Source of the DNA: an uncultured Pseudomonadales bacterium
GTDB taxonomy: Bacteria > Pseudomonadota > Gammaproteobacteria > Pseudomonadales > UBA7434
Assembly (NCBI GenBank): GCA_964504585.1
Contig: CAZDEW010000005.1
Coordinates: 5,082-69,081 of the forward strand
Direction: 5' to 3'
Length of the DNA stretch: 64,000 nucleotides
This document shows positions 1 to 10,554 of this stretch, piece by piece. A model generated the notes under the pieces. It searched no databases and had not been told where the DNA came from. It saw only the letters and a program-made list of their open reading frames with translations. Position 1 is the stretch's first letter. Every line of letters begins with the position of its first letter. The position numbers were made by a program, and so were the translations under genes.

Positions 1-527
1 TCGCCGCGCAGCTGACGGGCTGGACCATTAACGTGATGAGCTCTGAAGAAGCTGCTGTAAAGGGTGAAAAAGAGGCCGGCAAGCTTGTCGAGATGTTCAT
101 GCAGACGCTGGACGTCGATGAAGATGTCTCGCTTCTGTTAGCAGAAGAAGGCTTTACGAGTCTTGAAGAGGTTGCTTATGTGCCTCTGGAGGAGATTGCA
201 GCGATTGAGGGCTTCGACCAGGATATTGCCGACGAATTAAGAGCGCGAGCCAAAGATGCGTTGCTGACTCAGGAAATTGCAACGGAAGAAAAGCTAGAGG
301 GCACTGAGCCTGCCGAGGACTTGCTGACTATGGAAGGCATGGACAGGCATCTTGCTTTCGTATTGGCCAGCCGAGGCATTGTCACGATGGAAGATTTGGC
401 CGAGCAGGCGACGGAAGATCTGGCAGATATCGAAGAGCTCGACGCCGAGAGGGCGGGGCAGCTGATTATGAAAGCCAGGGAGCCCTGGTTCGCCGAGGCA
501 GAAGCAGAGGCGGAAGCTGAGACCTAG
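1..527 (+). CDS. nusA: Transcription termination/antitermination factor NusA, C-terminal part (5' end outside window)
   Basis: The frame is open from the window edge (in phase with nt 3: AAQLTGWTINVM...) to TAG at 525-527. It has two acidic HhH-like repeats (EEGFTSLEEVAYVPLEEIAAIEGF and SRGIVTMEDLAEQATEDLADIEEL) typical of gammaproteobacterial NusA. It lies directly upstream of infB, as in the conserved nusA-infB-rbfA-truB-rpsO-pnp operon. Confidence 0.9.
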   Translation, partial: AAQLTGWTINVMSSEEAAVKGEKEAGKLVEMFMQTLDVDEDVSLLLAEEGFTSLEEVAYVPLEEIAAIEGFDQDIADELRARAKDALLTQEIATEEKLEGTEPAEDLLTMEGMDRHLAFVLASRGIVTMEDLAEQATEDLADIEELDAERAGQLIMKAREPWFAEAEAEAEAET

Positions 528-601
528 CGCGTAGAACCGATTTTAATTGAAGAATTTGGTTGTTAGAAAAGCATTGTGTTTTTGATTGAGGAAATGAGTT
601 T

Positions 602-3283
602 ATGGCGGAAGTGACGGTAAGTCAGCTCGCTAAAACTGTGGGAGCTACTGTTGATCGTCTGCTAGCGCAGATGAAGGAAGCAGGCCTGGATCACGAGTCT
701 GGTGACCAGACCGTTTCCGATGTCGATAAGCAGAAATTGCTCGCACACTTAAAGAATAGCCACGGAGCAAGTGCGGCGCAGCCGAAAAAAATAACGCTCA
801 AAAGGCGCACCATCGGTACCGTGAAGACTGCGGGCAGTGCCGGTGGAAAGAAAACGGTGGCAATTGAGGTTCGCAAGAAACGGACCTACGTGAAACGTGA
901 AGAGAGTGAAGCGGAAGAGGCGCTGGAAACAACGGCGCCTGCAGAAGCCGATACAAGTGTAGCGGACGTTACAGAAATCAGCAGTGAGGCTCCACTGGAG
1001 TCCCTGGCCGAGGGCGCTGTTGAAACTGTTGATGCTGCAGAAGAAGCCAGCTCAGAAGCTCCCGTGACTGAAGAGAGTGCTGTTGAGGGGGACTCAGAGG
1101 CTCCGAAAAAGCGTGTCGATCCTTTCGATGTAGAAGAGCTGCGTCGGCGCGCAGCGACCAAGCGCAAAGAGCAGGAAGACGCAGAGAAGGCGCGCCATAA
1201 GGCGATGCTTCAGTCGAAAGCCGAACAGGCGGCGCGCGAGAAGGCGGAGGAAGCTGCCAGGCTTGCCAAAGCGAAGCTCGGTGATGCCGGTAAAAAGCAG
1301 TTTCGCACTGCAGGGCCCGGTCAGGATGACGATGATCCGCTGAAGAAACCTGGCAAGAAGAAAGGTCGCAAGGGCGCCAAGTCTAATAAATCCGGCAAGA
1401 AAGGTTTTGATGAGTTTCTGGTTGATGATAGACAGCAGACCAGCAGTTTGGGTGGGCAGAAAGTGCTGCAGGCGATTAGCAAGCAGGAATTCACAATCCC
1501 AACTGAGAAAATAACCCACGAAGTTCGACTGCCTGACGAGATTGCGGTAAGTGACCTCGCCCAGCAGATGGCTATCAAGGCTAACGTGGTCATCCGCGAG
1601 CTGATGAAGATGGGCGTGATGGCGACGATCAACCAGAGTGTTGATCAGGAAACCGCGATACTACTCGTTGAAGAGCTAGGACATCGCTATGTAACGGTTT
1701 CCGACGAGGAGATTGAAGAGGATCTGCTCAACGAGTTGAAGCTGACGTTTGCAGAAGAGGGTGAACCTGAAGCAGAGCCAAGGCCACCCGTGGTTACGGT
1801 GATGGGTCACGTCGATCACGGTAAAACTTCGCTGCTCGATTACATTAGAGAATCGCGCGTTGCCAGCGGTGAAGCGGGTGGTATCACACAGCATATTGGT
1901 GCTTATCACGTTGAAACGGATATGGGCGTGATCAGCTTTCTGGATACACCCGGTCACGCCGCGTTTACCGCGATGCGAGCGAGGGGTGCGGAATGTACCG
2001 ATATTGTGATTCTGGTGGTTGCAGCAGATGACGGCGTAATGCCGCAAACCATCGAAGCAATTCAGCATGCGAAAGCTGCTGATGTGCCAATTGTGGTTGC
2101 AGTCAATAAAATTGATAAGGAGGCGGCTGATCCAGAGCGTGTCAAGAACGAACTGGTCGCTCAGGAAGTTATCCCGGAAGATTGGGGTGGTGATACGCAG
2201 TTCATACATGTCTCTGCACACACTGGTGAGGGGATTGATAAGCTGCTGGAGGCGCTGTCTCTGCAGGCGGAGGTGCTTGAGCTTACTGCGCCGGTTGATG
2301 TGCCCGCCAAGGGTATTGTTGTTGAATCGCGACTGGATAAAGGTCGGGGCAACATTGCATCAGTGTTAGTTCAGGAGGGCACGCTCAAAAATGGCGATGT
2401 TATCCTCGCTGGCCTGCATTTTGGTCGCGTTCGCAACATGACCGACGAGAGGGGTGTGCTGGTTGATCAAGCAGGCCCTTCCATCCCGGTAGAAATTCTT
2501 GGCCTTGACGGCACGCCCAATGCAGGTGATGAAGTCATTGTCGTTGGTGATGAACGCAAGGCACGTGAGCTGGTTGAGTTGCGCCGTGAAAAAGAACGCG
2601 ACGCCAAGATGGCCAGACAGCAGCGCGCTAATCTCGACAATCTGTTCTCAAGCTTTGAAGATCAGGACAAGAAGACGCTCAACGTTATTGTTAAAGCTGA
2701 TGTGCGTGGCTCTGCCGAAGCAATTGTTTCTGCATTACAGGATATCGGTAACGACGAAGTAGAGGTCAATCTCGTCTCCAGTGGGGTCGGCGCAATTTCT
2801 GACGCCGATGTGAATCTGGCGACAGCAACGAGTTCGGTTCTATTCGGTTTTAACGTTCGTGCAGAAGCCACGGCGCGCAAAAAGGCCGAAGCTGAATCCA
2901 TTGAAATCCGTTATTACAGCGTTATCTACAACCTGCTTGACGACGTCAAAGATGCATTGTCTGGCATGCTGGCTCCTGAGAAGCGCGAAGAGATTCTTGG
3001 AACGGCGGAAGTCAGAGATGTCTTCAAGTCGCCGAAATTTGGTCTGGTCGCTGGGTGCATGGTGGTTGAAGGTCAGGTGTTCCGCAACAAACCGATACGG
3101 GTACTACGCGACAATGTGGTGATTCACGAGGGAGAGCTCGATTCTCTGCGCCGCTTCAAAGATGATGTCAGCGAAGTTCGCAGCGGTACTGAGTGTGGTA
3201 TCGGTGTAAAAGATTACACGGATGTAAAAGAAGGCGACATGATCGAAGTGTTCGATATTAAAGAGATCAAGCGATCGCTTTAA
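602..3283 (+). CDS. infB: Translation initiation factor IF-2
   Basis: 893-aa ORF with GTPase motifs [19 protein letters not shown] and NKID. It has a charged low-complexity N-terminal region and a conserved C-terminal domain ([21 protein letters not shown]). Operon position is after nusA. Confidence 0.97.
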   Translation: MAEVTVSQLAKTVGATVDRLLAQMKEAGLDHESGDQTVSDVDKQKLLAHLKNSHGASAAQPKKITLKRRTIGTVKTAGSAGGKKTVAIEVRKKRTYVKREESEAEEALETTAPAEADTSVADVTEISSEAPLESLAEGAVETVDAAEEASSEAPVTEESAVEGDSEAPKKRVDPFDVEELRRRAATKRKEQEDAEKARHKAMLQSKAEQAAREKAEEAARLAKAKLGDAGKKQFRTAGPGQDDDDPLKKPGKKKGRKGAKSNKSGKKGFDEFLVDDRQQTSSLGGQKVLQAISKQEFTIPTEKITHEVRLPDEIAVSDLAQQMAIKANVVIRELMKMGVMATINQSVDQETAILLVEELGHRYVTVSDEEIEEDLLNELKLTFAEEGEPEAEPRPPVVTVMGHVDHGKTSLLDYIRESRVASGEAGGITQHIGAYHVETDMGVISFLDTPGHAAFTAMRARGAECTDIVILVVAADDGVMPQTIEAIQHAKAADVPIVVAVNKIDKEAADPERVKNELVAQEVIPEDWGGDTQFIHVSAHTGEGIDKLLEALSLQAEVLELTAPVDVPAKGIVVESRLDKGRGNIASVLVQEGTLKNGDVILAGLHFGRVRNMTDERGVLVDQAGPSIPVEILGLDGTPNAGDEVIVVGDERKARELVELRREKERDAKMARQQRANLDNLFSSFEDQDKKTLNVIVKADVRGSAEAIVSALQDIGNDEVEVNLVSSGVGAISDADVNLATATSSVLFGFNVRAEATARKKAEAESIEIRYYSVIYNLLDDVKDALSGMLAPEKREEILGTAEVRDVFKSPKFGLVAGCMVVEGQVFRNKPIRVLRDNVVIHEGELDSLRRFKDDVSEVRSGTECGIGVKDYTDVKEGDMIEVFDIKEIKRSL

Positions 3284-3294
3284 GTGTTCCAAAC

Positions 3295-3675
3295 ATGGCA
3301 AGAGAATTTAAGCGCGCCGATCGAGTTGCGGATTTTATCAAGCGAGAGTTATCCGTGCTCATTCAGCGTGAGATGCGCGATCCCAGAGTCAGTGGCGCCA
3401 ATATCAATGAGGTGAAGGTGACCGCGGATATGTCCCAGGCCAAGGTCTATGTGACGTTTCTGGGGCTTGAGACCGCTGATGAATCAAAAGAGGCGGTGGA
3501 GGCTCTTGAGAAAGCGTCCGGCTTTTTGCGATCTCAGCTGGCATCGGTTGCGACCATGCGCTCTGTACCGCGACTCAAGTTCTTTTTTGATGAGGTGGCT
3601 CGAAGCAGCGAGTATATTTCCGAGCTCATCGATAAAGCGGTATCGACTGATTCGAACGATAGCTCTGAGCGGTAA
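3295..3675 (+). CDS. rbfA: Ribosome-binding factor A
   Basis: 126-aa ORF (RADRVADFIKRELSVLIQREMRDPR...VKVTADMSQAKVYV), matching the RbfA pattern. It sits between infB and truB. Confidence 0.93.
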   Translation: MAREFKRADRVADFIKRELSVLIQREMRDPRVSGANINEVKVTADMSQAKVYVTFLGLETADESKEAVEALEKASGFLRSQLASVATMRSVPRLKFFFDEVARSSEYISELIDKAVSTDSNDSSER

Positions 3676-3690
3676 AAGAAGGGCGTTGTT

Positions 3691-4668
3691 TTGGGTAGGA
3701 GGAACCGCAAAGGTCGGCCGCTGAACGGCCTTTTTTTGTTAGACAAGCCCACGGGTATGACCTCTAATCATGCCTTGCAGGCCTGCAAGCGATTGTTTTT
3801 TGCTGCCAAGGCTGGGCACACGGGAAGTCTCGACCCGTTGGCAACAGGGACACTGCCGCTTTGTTTTGGCGAAGCGACCAAGTTTGCGCAGTACCTGCTG
3901 ACCTCGGACAAGTGTTATGAGGCGGCGATAGTTCTGGGTTATGAGAGTGACACGCAGGATGCTGATGGGGCGATTGAACCTGTCGCATCGGCGCGCGATT
4001 TGTCAGAGCAGGCGATCGGGCAGGCGGTGGCAGTGCTCAAGGGGGAACAGAAACAGATTCCTCCGATGTACTCAGCACTAAAGAAAGACGGTAAGCGACT
4101 TTACGATTTGGCTCGTGAGGGTATTGAAGTAGAGCGCGAAGCCAGAGATATTGCCGTGCATTCGGCCGAGGTGATTTCAGTATCGCCGTACCAGTTTCCA
4201 CCTGGTACTACCGAATTGCAAACTGATAGCTACGGCATGGAAGTGAGATGCCGCTTCAGTGTTAGCAAGGGTACGTATATTCGCAGTCTAGCGGCGACCC
4301 TCGGTGAGCGTCTGGGCGTTGGCGGGTATCTCGCTGAATTGAGAAGAACCCGGGTCGGCCCTTTTGGCATTGAGCAATGTATGCCATTAGATGAGTTGGT
4401 CGGGCTGCGTGATGACCAAGACTTTTCGGCAATGGATGATTGTCTGTTGCCTATTGAAGAGGCGTTGAGTCATTTACCTAGCTTATCGCTAGATGAACGC
4501 AGCGGTTATTACCTTGGAAAAGGAAACCCGGTGATGGTTGCGAAGGCGCCATTGCACACTGACATAGCGCTGAAAGCTGAGGATGGCAGATTTCTCGGCA
4601 TTGGCTACGTTGATAACGAAGGGCTGGTTGCGCCCAAACGACTGGTGGCGCAAACGGTACTTGATTAA
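3691..4668 (+). CDS. truB: tRNA pseudouridine-55 synthase TruB
   Basis: 325-aa ORF with a TTG start. N-terminus GRPLNGLFLLDKPTGMTSN and the catalytic-Asp motif AGHTGSLDPLATG are present. Operon position is conserved. Confidence 0.93.
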   Translation: MGRRNRKGRPLNGLFLLDKPTGMTSNHALQACKRLFFAAKAGHTGSLDPLATGTLPLCFGEATKFAQYLLTSDKCYEAAIVLGYESDTQDADGAIEPVASARDLSEQAIGQAVAVLKGEQKQIPPMYSALKKDGKRLYDLAREGIEVEREARDIAVHSAEVISVSPYQFPPGTTELQTDSYGMEVRCRFSVSKGTYIRSLAATLGERLGVGGYLAELRRTRVGPFGIEQCMPLDELVGLRDDQDFSAMDDCLLPIEEALSHLPSLSLDERSGYYLGKGNPVMVAKAPLHTDIALKAEDGRFLGIGYVDNEGLVAPKRLVAQTVLD

Positions 4669-4743
4669 GAGTTTACTTTGACTCGTCTGTAAATGTGCAC
4701 GGACGAGCCGAACTTTAACCATGCACATTAAGAGGAAATTATC

Positions 4744-5013
4744 ATGGCACTTAATGCAGTTGAAAAAGCAGCAATCGTCAAAGAGTATCAGCTAGATGCG
4801 AACGACACGGGTTCACCTGAAGTGCAGGTGGCGCTGTTGACTGAAAACATCAACAAGCTTCAGTCGCACTTTGGTGATCACAAGAAAGATCACCACTCGC
4901 GACGTGGTTTGATTCGAATGGTTAACCAGCGCCGCAAGCTGCTGGATTATCTCAAGAGCAAGGACACAGAGCGTTACTCTAGCTTGATCAAGCGCCTCGG
5001 TCTGCGTCGCTAA
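4744..5013 (+). CDS. rpsO: 30S ribosomal protein S15
   Basis: 89-aa ORF with [46 protein letters not shown], the canonical S15 sequence. Confidence 0.97.
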   Translation: MALNAVEKAAIVKEYQLDANDTGSPEVQVALLTENINKLQSHFGDHKKDHHSRRGLIRMVNQRRKLLDYLKSKDTERYSSLIKRLGLRR

Positions 5014-5031
5014 GTCAGTATTTCTGGCAGT

Positions 5032-5064
5032 GCTTCAGCGCATTGTTTGTTGATGCGTTGGAGC
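5032..5064 (+). promoter_or_regulatory. Stem-loop downstream of rpsO; possible rpsO terminator/attenuator or processing hairpin in the pnp leader
   Basis: A 12-bp stem (GCTTCAGCGCAT / ATGCGTTGGAGC, two G-U pairs) with a 9-nt loop lies 19 nt after the rpsO stop, and a T-rich tract follows at 5085-5100. In E. coli the rpsO-pnp intergenic region carries a terminator and an RNase III-processed leader hairpin. Assigning this hairpin the same role is inference. Confidence 0.4.
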
Positions 5065-5176
5065 CTGTGCAGAGCTGTGTTGGCAATATTTTTATTTTGT
5101 AAGTTTGTAAGTAAGAGAGAAAGAGTCCAGCTCACGTTGTGTGAGTTGATTATTGGAAGTTATTGGAGGATTTCGA

Positions 5177-7285
5177 ATGAATCCCGTTATTAAGCAGTTC
5201 AGTTTTGGCGACCATACGGTCACTTTGGAGACCGGTCGTGTTGCAAGACAGGCCACAGGCGCAGTTTTGGTGACGATGGGAGAAACCGTCGTTTTGTGTA
5301 CAGTGGTTGGTAACAAAAAGGCCAAGCCCGGTCAGGACTTCTTCCCGCTGTCTGTGCACTATCAGGAAAAATATTATGCCGCTGGCAAGATTCCCGGCGG
5401 TTTCTTCAAGCGCGAAGCACGTCCATCAGAAAAAGAAACGCTCACTTCGCGTCTAATCGACAGACCAATCCGCCCGCTGTTTCCCGACGGCTATAAAAAT
5501 GAGGTACAGGTTATCTGTACAGTGGTCTCTGCCGATGCAGGTGTTGATCCCGACATCCCTGCAATGATCGGTACCTCCGCCGCGCTGGCGATTTCCGGCG
5601 TGCCGTTCAATGGTCCCATCGGTGCCGCGCGTGTCGGCTTTAACGACGAACAAGGTTATCTGTTGAATCCGGATTCAGAGCAGCTGTTGAGCTCAAAACT
5701 GAATATGGTTGTCGCGGGTACTAAAGAAGCGGTATTGATGGTTGAATCGGAAGCCGATGAACTATCCGAAGACCAAATGCTTGGAGCGGTACTTTACGCG
5801 CACCAGGAAATGCAGGGAGTGATTCAGGCGATTGATGCACTAGTCGCAGATGCGGGTAAAGAGCGCTGGGAGTATACGCCAGAGCCGGTTAACGCTTCGC
5901 TTGAGGCCGCAATTCAGGATCAGTTTGGTGCCGCGTTGAGCGAGGCCTACACGATCACGGAAAAGGCCAAGCGTTACGAAACGGTTGGCGCTTTGCGTGA
6001 TCAGGCCGTGGAAGCTCTGGTCAACGATGATACCTCTGAAGAGGAAGTTAAAAACCTGTTTGGAAAAATCGAAAAGAATACAGTGCGACAGCGTATTGTA
6101 GAGGGTAAGCCACGCATCGATGGTCGCGATCATGCCACTGTGCGACCTCTGGCTATTCAAGTCGGTGTGTTGCCCAAAACACACGGTTCCGCTCTGTTCA
6201 CGCGAGGAGAAACCCAGGCGCTGGTGACGACTACGCTGGGCCCAATTCGCGATGCTCAAATCATTGATGCGCTCGAGGGTTCCTCTAAAGATCCGTTTCT
6301 TTTCCACTATAACTTCCCAAGTTATTCTGTGGGTGAAGCGGGGCGGGTTGGTCCAGTTGGTCGCCGCGAAATCGGCCACGGCCGGTTGGCCAAGCGCGGC
6401 GTTCTGGCGATGATGCCAAGTGACCAGGATTTCCCCTATACCATTCGCGTGGTATCCGAAATCACCGAATCAAATGGCTCTTCATCGATGGCGTCTGTTT
6501 GCGGAAGCAGTTTGGCGCTGATGGATGCCGGTGTTCCTATCAAGTCTCCGGTAGCCGGTATTGCCATGGGTCTAGTCAAGGAGGGAGATCAGTTTGCGGT
6601 ACTCACCGATATTCTGGGTGATGAAGATCATCTGGGCGATATGGACTTTAAGGTAGCAGGTACCGAGCAAGGCGTCACAGCGCTGCAGATGGATATAAAA
6701 ATTGAAGGCATCACCGAGGAAATCATGGAGATTGCTCTCAATCAGGCTCTGGCTGCGCGATTGAATATCCTCGGCCAGATGAACAAGGTTATTGATCGTC
6801 CTCGCGACGAGCTTTCAGATAACGCGCCAGCGATGAGCTCGTTCAAGATTCATCCGGACAAAATACGCGATGTCATCGGTAAAGGAGGCGCTACGATTCG
6901 CTCAATTACTGAGGACACCGGCGCGGCGGTGGATATTGAGGATGATGGTACTGTCCGAATCTACGGCGAAGATAAAACCTCACTGCAGGCGGCTGTCGAT
7001 CGTGTCAACGAGATCACTGCCGAGGCTGAAGTGGGTGCGGTTTACGAAGGAAAAATTTCTAAAATCGTCGATTTTGGAGCTTTCGTAACAATCTTGCCTG
7101 GCAAGGATGGCCTTTTGCACATTTCCCAGATTTCTAAAGAGCGCGTTGAAAACGTGACTGATGTGTTAGAAGAAGGGCAAATGGTTAAGGTCAAAGTGCT
7201 TGATGTAGATCAGCGCGGAAGAATCAAGCTGAGCATAAAGGAGCTTGAAGCGGAAGCCGAGGCCGAGGCGGGTGCTGAAGCTTAG
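5177..7285 (+). CDS. pnp: Polyribonucleotide nucleotidyltransferase (PNPase)
   Basis: The ORF track opens at 5153, but the conserved N-terminus [20 protein letters not shown] begins at the ATG at 5177. Two RNase PH domains are present ([28 protein letters not shown]; [17 protein letters not shown]), followed by KH and S1 domains ([33 protein letters not shown]). Confidence 0.97.
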   Translation: MNPVIKQFSFGDHTVTLETGRVARQATGAVLVTMGETVVLCTVVGNKKAKPGQDFFPLSVHYQEKYYAAGKIPGGFFKREARPSEKETLTSRLIDRPIRPLFPDGYKNEVQVICTVVSADAGVDPDIPAMIGTSAALAISGVPFNGPIGAARVGFNDEQGYLLNPDSEQLLSSKLNMVVAGTKEAVLMVESEADELSEDQMLGAVLYAHQEMQGVIQAIDALVADAGKERWEYTPEPVNASLEAAIQDQFGAALSEAYTITEKAKRYETVGALRDQAVEALVNDDTSEEEVKNLFGKIEKNTVRQRIVEGKPRIDGRDHATVRPLAIQVGVLPKTHGSALFTRGETQALVTTTLGPIRDAQIIDALEGSSKDPFLFHYNFPSYSVGEAGRVGPVGRREIGHGRLAKRGVLAMMPSDQDFPYTIRVVSEITESNGSSSMASVCGSSLALMDAGVPIKSPVAGIAMGLVKEGDQFAVLTDILGDEDHLGDMDFKVAGTEQGVTALQMDIKIEGITEEIMEIALNQALAARLNILGQMNKVIDRPRDELSDNAPAMSSFKIHPDKIRDVIGKGGATIRSITEDTGAAVDIEDDGTVRIYGEDKTSLQAAVDRVNEITAEAEVGAVYEGKISKIVDFGAFVTILPGKDGLLHISQISKERVENVTDVLEEGQMVKVKVLDVDQRGRIKLSIKELEAEAEAEAGAEA

Positions 7286-7303
7286 TCTTTTCAATCTGTC
7301 CAA

Positions 7304-7335
7304 AAAACCTGCTCACAAGAGCAGGTTTTTTTTTG
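7304..7335 (+). terminator. Rho-independent terminator of pnp
   Basis: AACCTGCTC-ACAA-GAGCAGGTT forms a perfect 9-bp stem and is followed by a run of 9 T. It lies 20 nt after the pnp stop. Confidence 0.85.
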
Positions 7336-7649
7336 CATGCCCACCGGCAACTCGTGCCAAAACTTTAGCAACAGGGCAACTTTCTCACAAAAATAGCGCG
7401 CGGGCGTTGTTGGGCAGCTACTAGACTTAAAGCGGAGCTTCGCGCGATGCGAATCCTGATTCTTCGGGCGGTTGACGAATTTTATCAGGTCGGGGAAAAG
7501 TACCAATTTTCGCTTAATGAACCGATCTTTTGGCCGTTAGCCAATTTTAGATAATGGTTTTTACAGTGTGCAGCCAATCGCAGAGTTTTATTAACTGAAA
7601 GACAGTCCGCTTACCGAGGGATCAACGGTGGCAGTGTACGGGTTCTAGT

Positions 7650-8765
7650 ATGAAACATATCGCCATTCTCAACCCTAAAGGTGGCTGTGGTAAGACCACC
7701 ATCGCGACGCATCTTGCTGTCTATGCGAGTACCCTCGGGCTGGATGTGGCGCTGGCTGATCACGATCCGCAGCACTCCTCGCACGACTGGATGAAGGCGC
7801 GACCGCAGCGTTGCGCCGATCTGGACTTGATAGCGGCCTATCGTGGTGACGCTGTCGGCCGAGACTACGATGTTGTCATACACGATTTCCCAGCCGGCGA
7901 TCTTGCCGTCTCGCAGCTGCCTCTGGACGTGTGCTCCAAAGTTATTATTCCATTGATGCCATCCCCGATCGATCTCAAGGCTGCGCTGCAGCTTTGGATC
8001 AAGCTTAGTGAACAAGGTTGGCTCGATAGTTCTTCGGTAGACTTCTCTATTGTTGCGAATCGGGTGAAGTCCAATACCCGCTATCTGCAGACTTTCGATG
8101 CGTTTATAGAGAAGCTGGATATCCCACGTGTGGCGACGCTGCGAGATACGCAGAATTATATTCGCTCGATGGACAATGGCCTGACACTTTTTGATTTGCC
8201 GCCTGGCCAGGTAGTTAAGGATCTTGTGCAGTGGGAGCCGCTGATGGACTGGACCGGCTTCTTTGATTTCGAGGAAGATATTAGCGATTTGATGCAGGTG
8301 CTCAGTGGCGAGAGTGACGGCATGTTTGACGCAGCCTTTGATTCAGGGTTTAACAATAATCATGCCGTTGCGACTGCGGCTCCTATAGCGTCAGGCGGCG
8401 CTGGCGCGGCTAGATCAGCGTCAGCTAACGAGGCGGAGCTGGATGATGCCCTAATGAAAGCGCTGGCTACCTTATCCAAACAAGAGCTGCCCGAGGGCGA
8501 AATAGCCCAGCCAGTATCTTCGGCCGAGTTTAGCAAAGGGTCTGTGCCTGTAGAGTCAGCGCGAACAAGCTTTCTGAAGAAATCGGGTGCTGATGGTTTC
8601 TCCGAGCTTGCCACAAGCGATAGTTCAACAAGCGATGAAGGTTACGATTGGCAGAGGGTCATGGCCGACGGCGAAGAGAGTGCGGATTTTATCTCGCTTG
8701 ATGATTATCACGCGGAACAGCTCGAAGAGGAGCGCGAAGTTGACGCGTACAACCAGTACGATTGA
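7650..8765 (+). CDS. ParA/MinD-family P-loop ATPase with a long acidic C-terminal extension
   Basis: The N-terminus MKHIAILNPKGGCGKTTIATHLA carries the deviant Walker A KGGxGKT, and IHDFPAG is Walker-B-like. Residues from about 200 to 371 are low-complexity, acidic and predicted disordered. No parB-like partner gene is adjacent. Confidence 0.8.
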   Translation: MKHIAILNPKGGCGKTTIATHLAVYASTLGLDVALADHDPQHSSHDWMKARPQRCADLDLIAAYRGDAVGRDYDVVIHDFPAGDLAVSQLPLDVCSKVIIPLMPSPIDLKAALQLWIKLSEQGWLDSSSVDFSIVANRVKSNTRYLQTFDAFIEKLDIPRVATLRDTQNYIRSMDNGLTLFDLPPGQVVKDLVQWEPLMDWTGFFDFEEDISDLMQVLSGESDGMFDAAFDSGFNNNHAVATAAPIASGGAGAARSASANEAELDDALMKALATLSKQELPEGEIAQPVSSAEFSKGSVPVESARTSFLKKSGADGFSELATSDSSTSDEGYDWQRVMADGEESADFISLDDYHAEQLEEEREVDAYNQYD

Positions 8766-9626
8766 TCAGTTAATTTCGCGAGTAGTCGTGTTATCAATTA
8801 GCCGCGTTTTTTCGGCAAAAGCAGCGGCAAAAATTCCCAGGTTCTCGTAGGTTTGCCCATTTTTCGCGGTTTCAAAATTTAACAGATCTCTTATCTCGAG
8901 ATAATCCGTTTTCAGACTGGTCTCTTCGAGCGCTGCCATGCCAGTTTCAAGCAACTGCTGGTAGTCGACATTCCCCGAATTTATTTCCCGTTTTATCGTC
9001 GTCAGGATCTGACTAATAACCTGCGCTTCCTCTTTTTCTTTGGCGGTGAGCAGGCTATTGCGGCTGCTAAGAGCCAGGCCATTTTGCTCGCGCTCGGTGT
9101 CAACGCCAATGACTTCTATTGGCAGGCAAAGGTCCATAGTCATTTGCTTGATGATGAGTAACTGTTGCATATCTTTTTTGCCAAAAACAGCTACGTCAGG
9201 TTCCACCTGATTGAACAGTTTACTGACAACTGTGCAAACGCCTTCAAAGTGTGTCGGCCTGCTCTTGCCGCAAAGCACTCCCGCCATATGAGGCATATTG
9301 ATTTTGACATGATGCTGCATGCCGTTGGGATACATCTCATTGGCTGAAGGTGCGAATAGAAGATCTGTATTTCGAGTGATGAGTTTGTGTTGGTCGTCTT
9401 CGAGTGTGCGCGGATAGCTGTCCAAATCTTCGTTGGCGCCAAACTGCATTGGATTGACAAAAATGCTGCAGACGACGTAGTCGCAGTGCTCTCGGGCTAC
9501 GTCGATCAGGCGTAGATGCCCTTCATGCAAATTTCCCATAGTGGGTACAAAGCCAACGCGCAAGGCGTTTGCTTTCGCGTCTTTGATCGTGGCTTTTAGC
9601 GCTTTTATCGAATGTAGAGTTTGCAT
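8766..9626 (-). CDS. panC: Pantoate--beta-alanine ligase
   Basis: 286-aa ORF with GFVPTMGNLHEGHLRLI (HIGH-type motif) and SIFVNPMQFG. It is adjacent to panB. Confidence 0.95.
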   Translation of the reverse strand: MQTLHSIKALKATIKDAKANALRVGFVPTMGNLHEGHLRLIDVAREHCDYVVCSIFVNPMQFGANEDLDSYPRTLEDDQHKLITRNTDLLFAPSANEMYPNGMQHHVKINMPHMAGVLCGKSRPTHFEGVCTVVSKLFNQVEPDVAVFGKKDMQQLLIIKQMTMDLCLPIEVIGVDTEREQNGLALSSRNSLLTAKEKEEAQVISQILTTIKREINSGNVDYQQLLETGMAALEETSLKTDYLEIRDLLNFETAKNGQTYENLGIFAAAFAEKTRLIDNTTTREIN

Positions 9627-9684
9627 TCAGACCGTATAGCTTTGTCGATAATTCTAGCGATGAGCGACGACGCTTCTTGTCGCC

Positions 9685-10497
9685 TTAGTTGTAGCAATGT
9701 TCCGGAGCGGGATAGCTGCCATCCTTTACCGCACGGTCGTAAGCGCGAACGGCATCGAGTAGTAAATTGTCCGACGTGGAATTCTCTGCAGTCAGAAAGT
9801 TTTTTACAAAGCGAGCAGGATGCGGAGAAAGCCCTAACATGTCGTGTAAGACCAGTACCTGGCCATCGGTAGCCGGGCCGGCACCGATGCCAATCGTGGG
9901 TACCGATAATTCCTCAACCAGTGCGCTTGCCGTTGATACGGGTACACACTCGAGCAGAATAATATCCGCGCCCGCCTGTTCGAGTTCGGTTGCGTCCTGA
10001 AATAACTTTTCTTTCTGCGTGTCGGTTTTTCCTTGCACTTTATAGCCGCCGAGCTTGTCTACTGACTGCGGAGTCAGGCCGAGATGCGCGCAAACCGGAA
10101 TGCCGCAGTCTGCCAGACGCGAAACGGTGTCGGCTTGCCAGGCGCCGCCTTCTAGTTTCACCATGTTCGCACCGGCGCGCATTAAATCTGCTGCATTATC
10201 CAGGGTTTGGGATTTGCTGTGATAAGCCATAAAAGGAAGGTCAGCCATAATAAATGCCTGGTGACTGCCTCCTTTTGCGGAAGCAACGGCTTCAGTGTGA
10301 TAGACCATGTCGCGCATAGTCACCGGCACCGTGCTGTCGTAGCCTTTGACAACCATTCCGAGTGAATCGCCAACCAGAACGACATCAATCTCGGCCTGGT
10401 TGATTAGCTGCATGAAAGTCGAGTCATAGCAGGTGAGAACGCTGAACTTTGTTCTTTCGTCTTTGTGCTTGCGCAAGTGGTTGAGAGAAACTTTCAT
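9685..10497 (-). CDS. panB: 3-methyl-2-oxobutanoate hydroxymethyltransferase
   Basis: 270-aa ORF with LTCYDSTFMQL, VGDSLGMVVKGYDSTVPVT and VKLEGG, which are PanB hallmarks. Confidence 0.95.
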   Translation of the reverse strand: MKVSLNHLRKHKDERTKFSVLTCYDSTFMQLINQAEIDVVLVGDSLGMVVKGYDSTVPVTMRDMVYHTEAVASAKGGSHQAFIMADLPFMAYHSKSQTLDNAADLMRAGANMVKLEGGAWQADTVSRLADCGIPVCAHLGLTPQSVDKLGGYKVQGKTDTQKEKLFQDATELEQAGADIILLECVPVSTASALVEELSVPTIGIGAGPATDGQVLVLHDMLGLSPHPARFVKNFLTAENSTSDNLLLDAVRAYDRAVKDGSYPAPEHCYN

Positions 10498-10554
10498 GAC
10501 TTGCCTCGGGGATTGTGGTGAACCGCGTGTCTTGAGGGCAGAGTTGTGCGTGAT

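Noticed and set aside
691-3301. A series of 60-180-aa ORFs, antisense or out of frame, within infB (for example 1676-2221, 1094-1519, 2067-2369).
   Set aside because: They lie entirely inside the strongly supported infB reading frame. Their composition is low-complexity and biased (Ser/Arg/Leu-rich), they lack RBSs, and I recognise no motifs. They are typical shadow ORFs of a GC-biased gene.
7346-7360. A sigma-54-like sequence on the minus strand (TTGGCACGAGTTGCC), just downstream of the pnp terminator.
   Set aside because: The GG-to-GC spacing is two nucleotides too short compared with TGGCAC-N5-TTGC. The site would also fire into the pnp terminator, antisense to pnp. It is probably a chance match.
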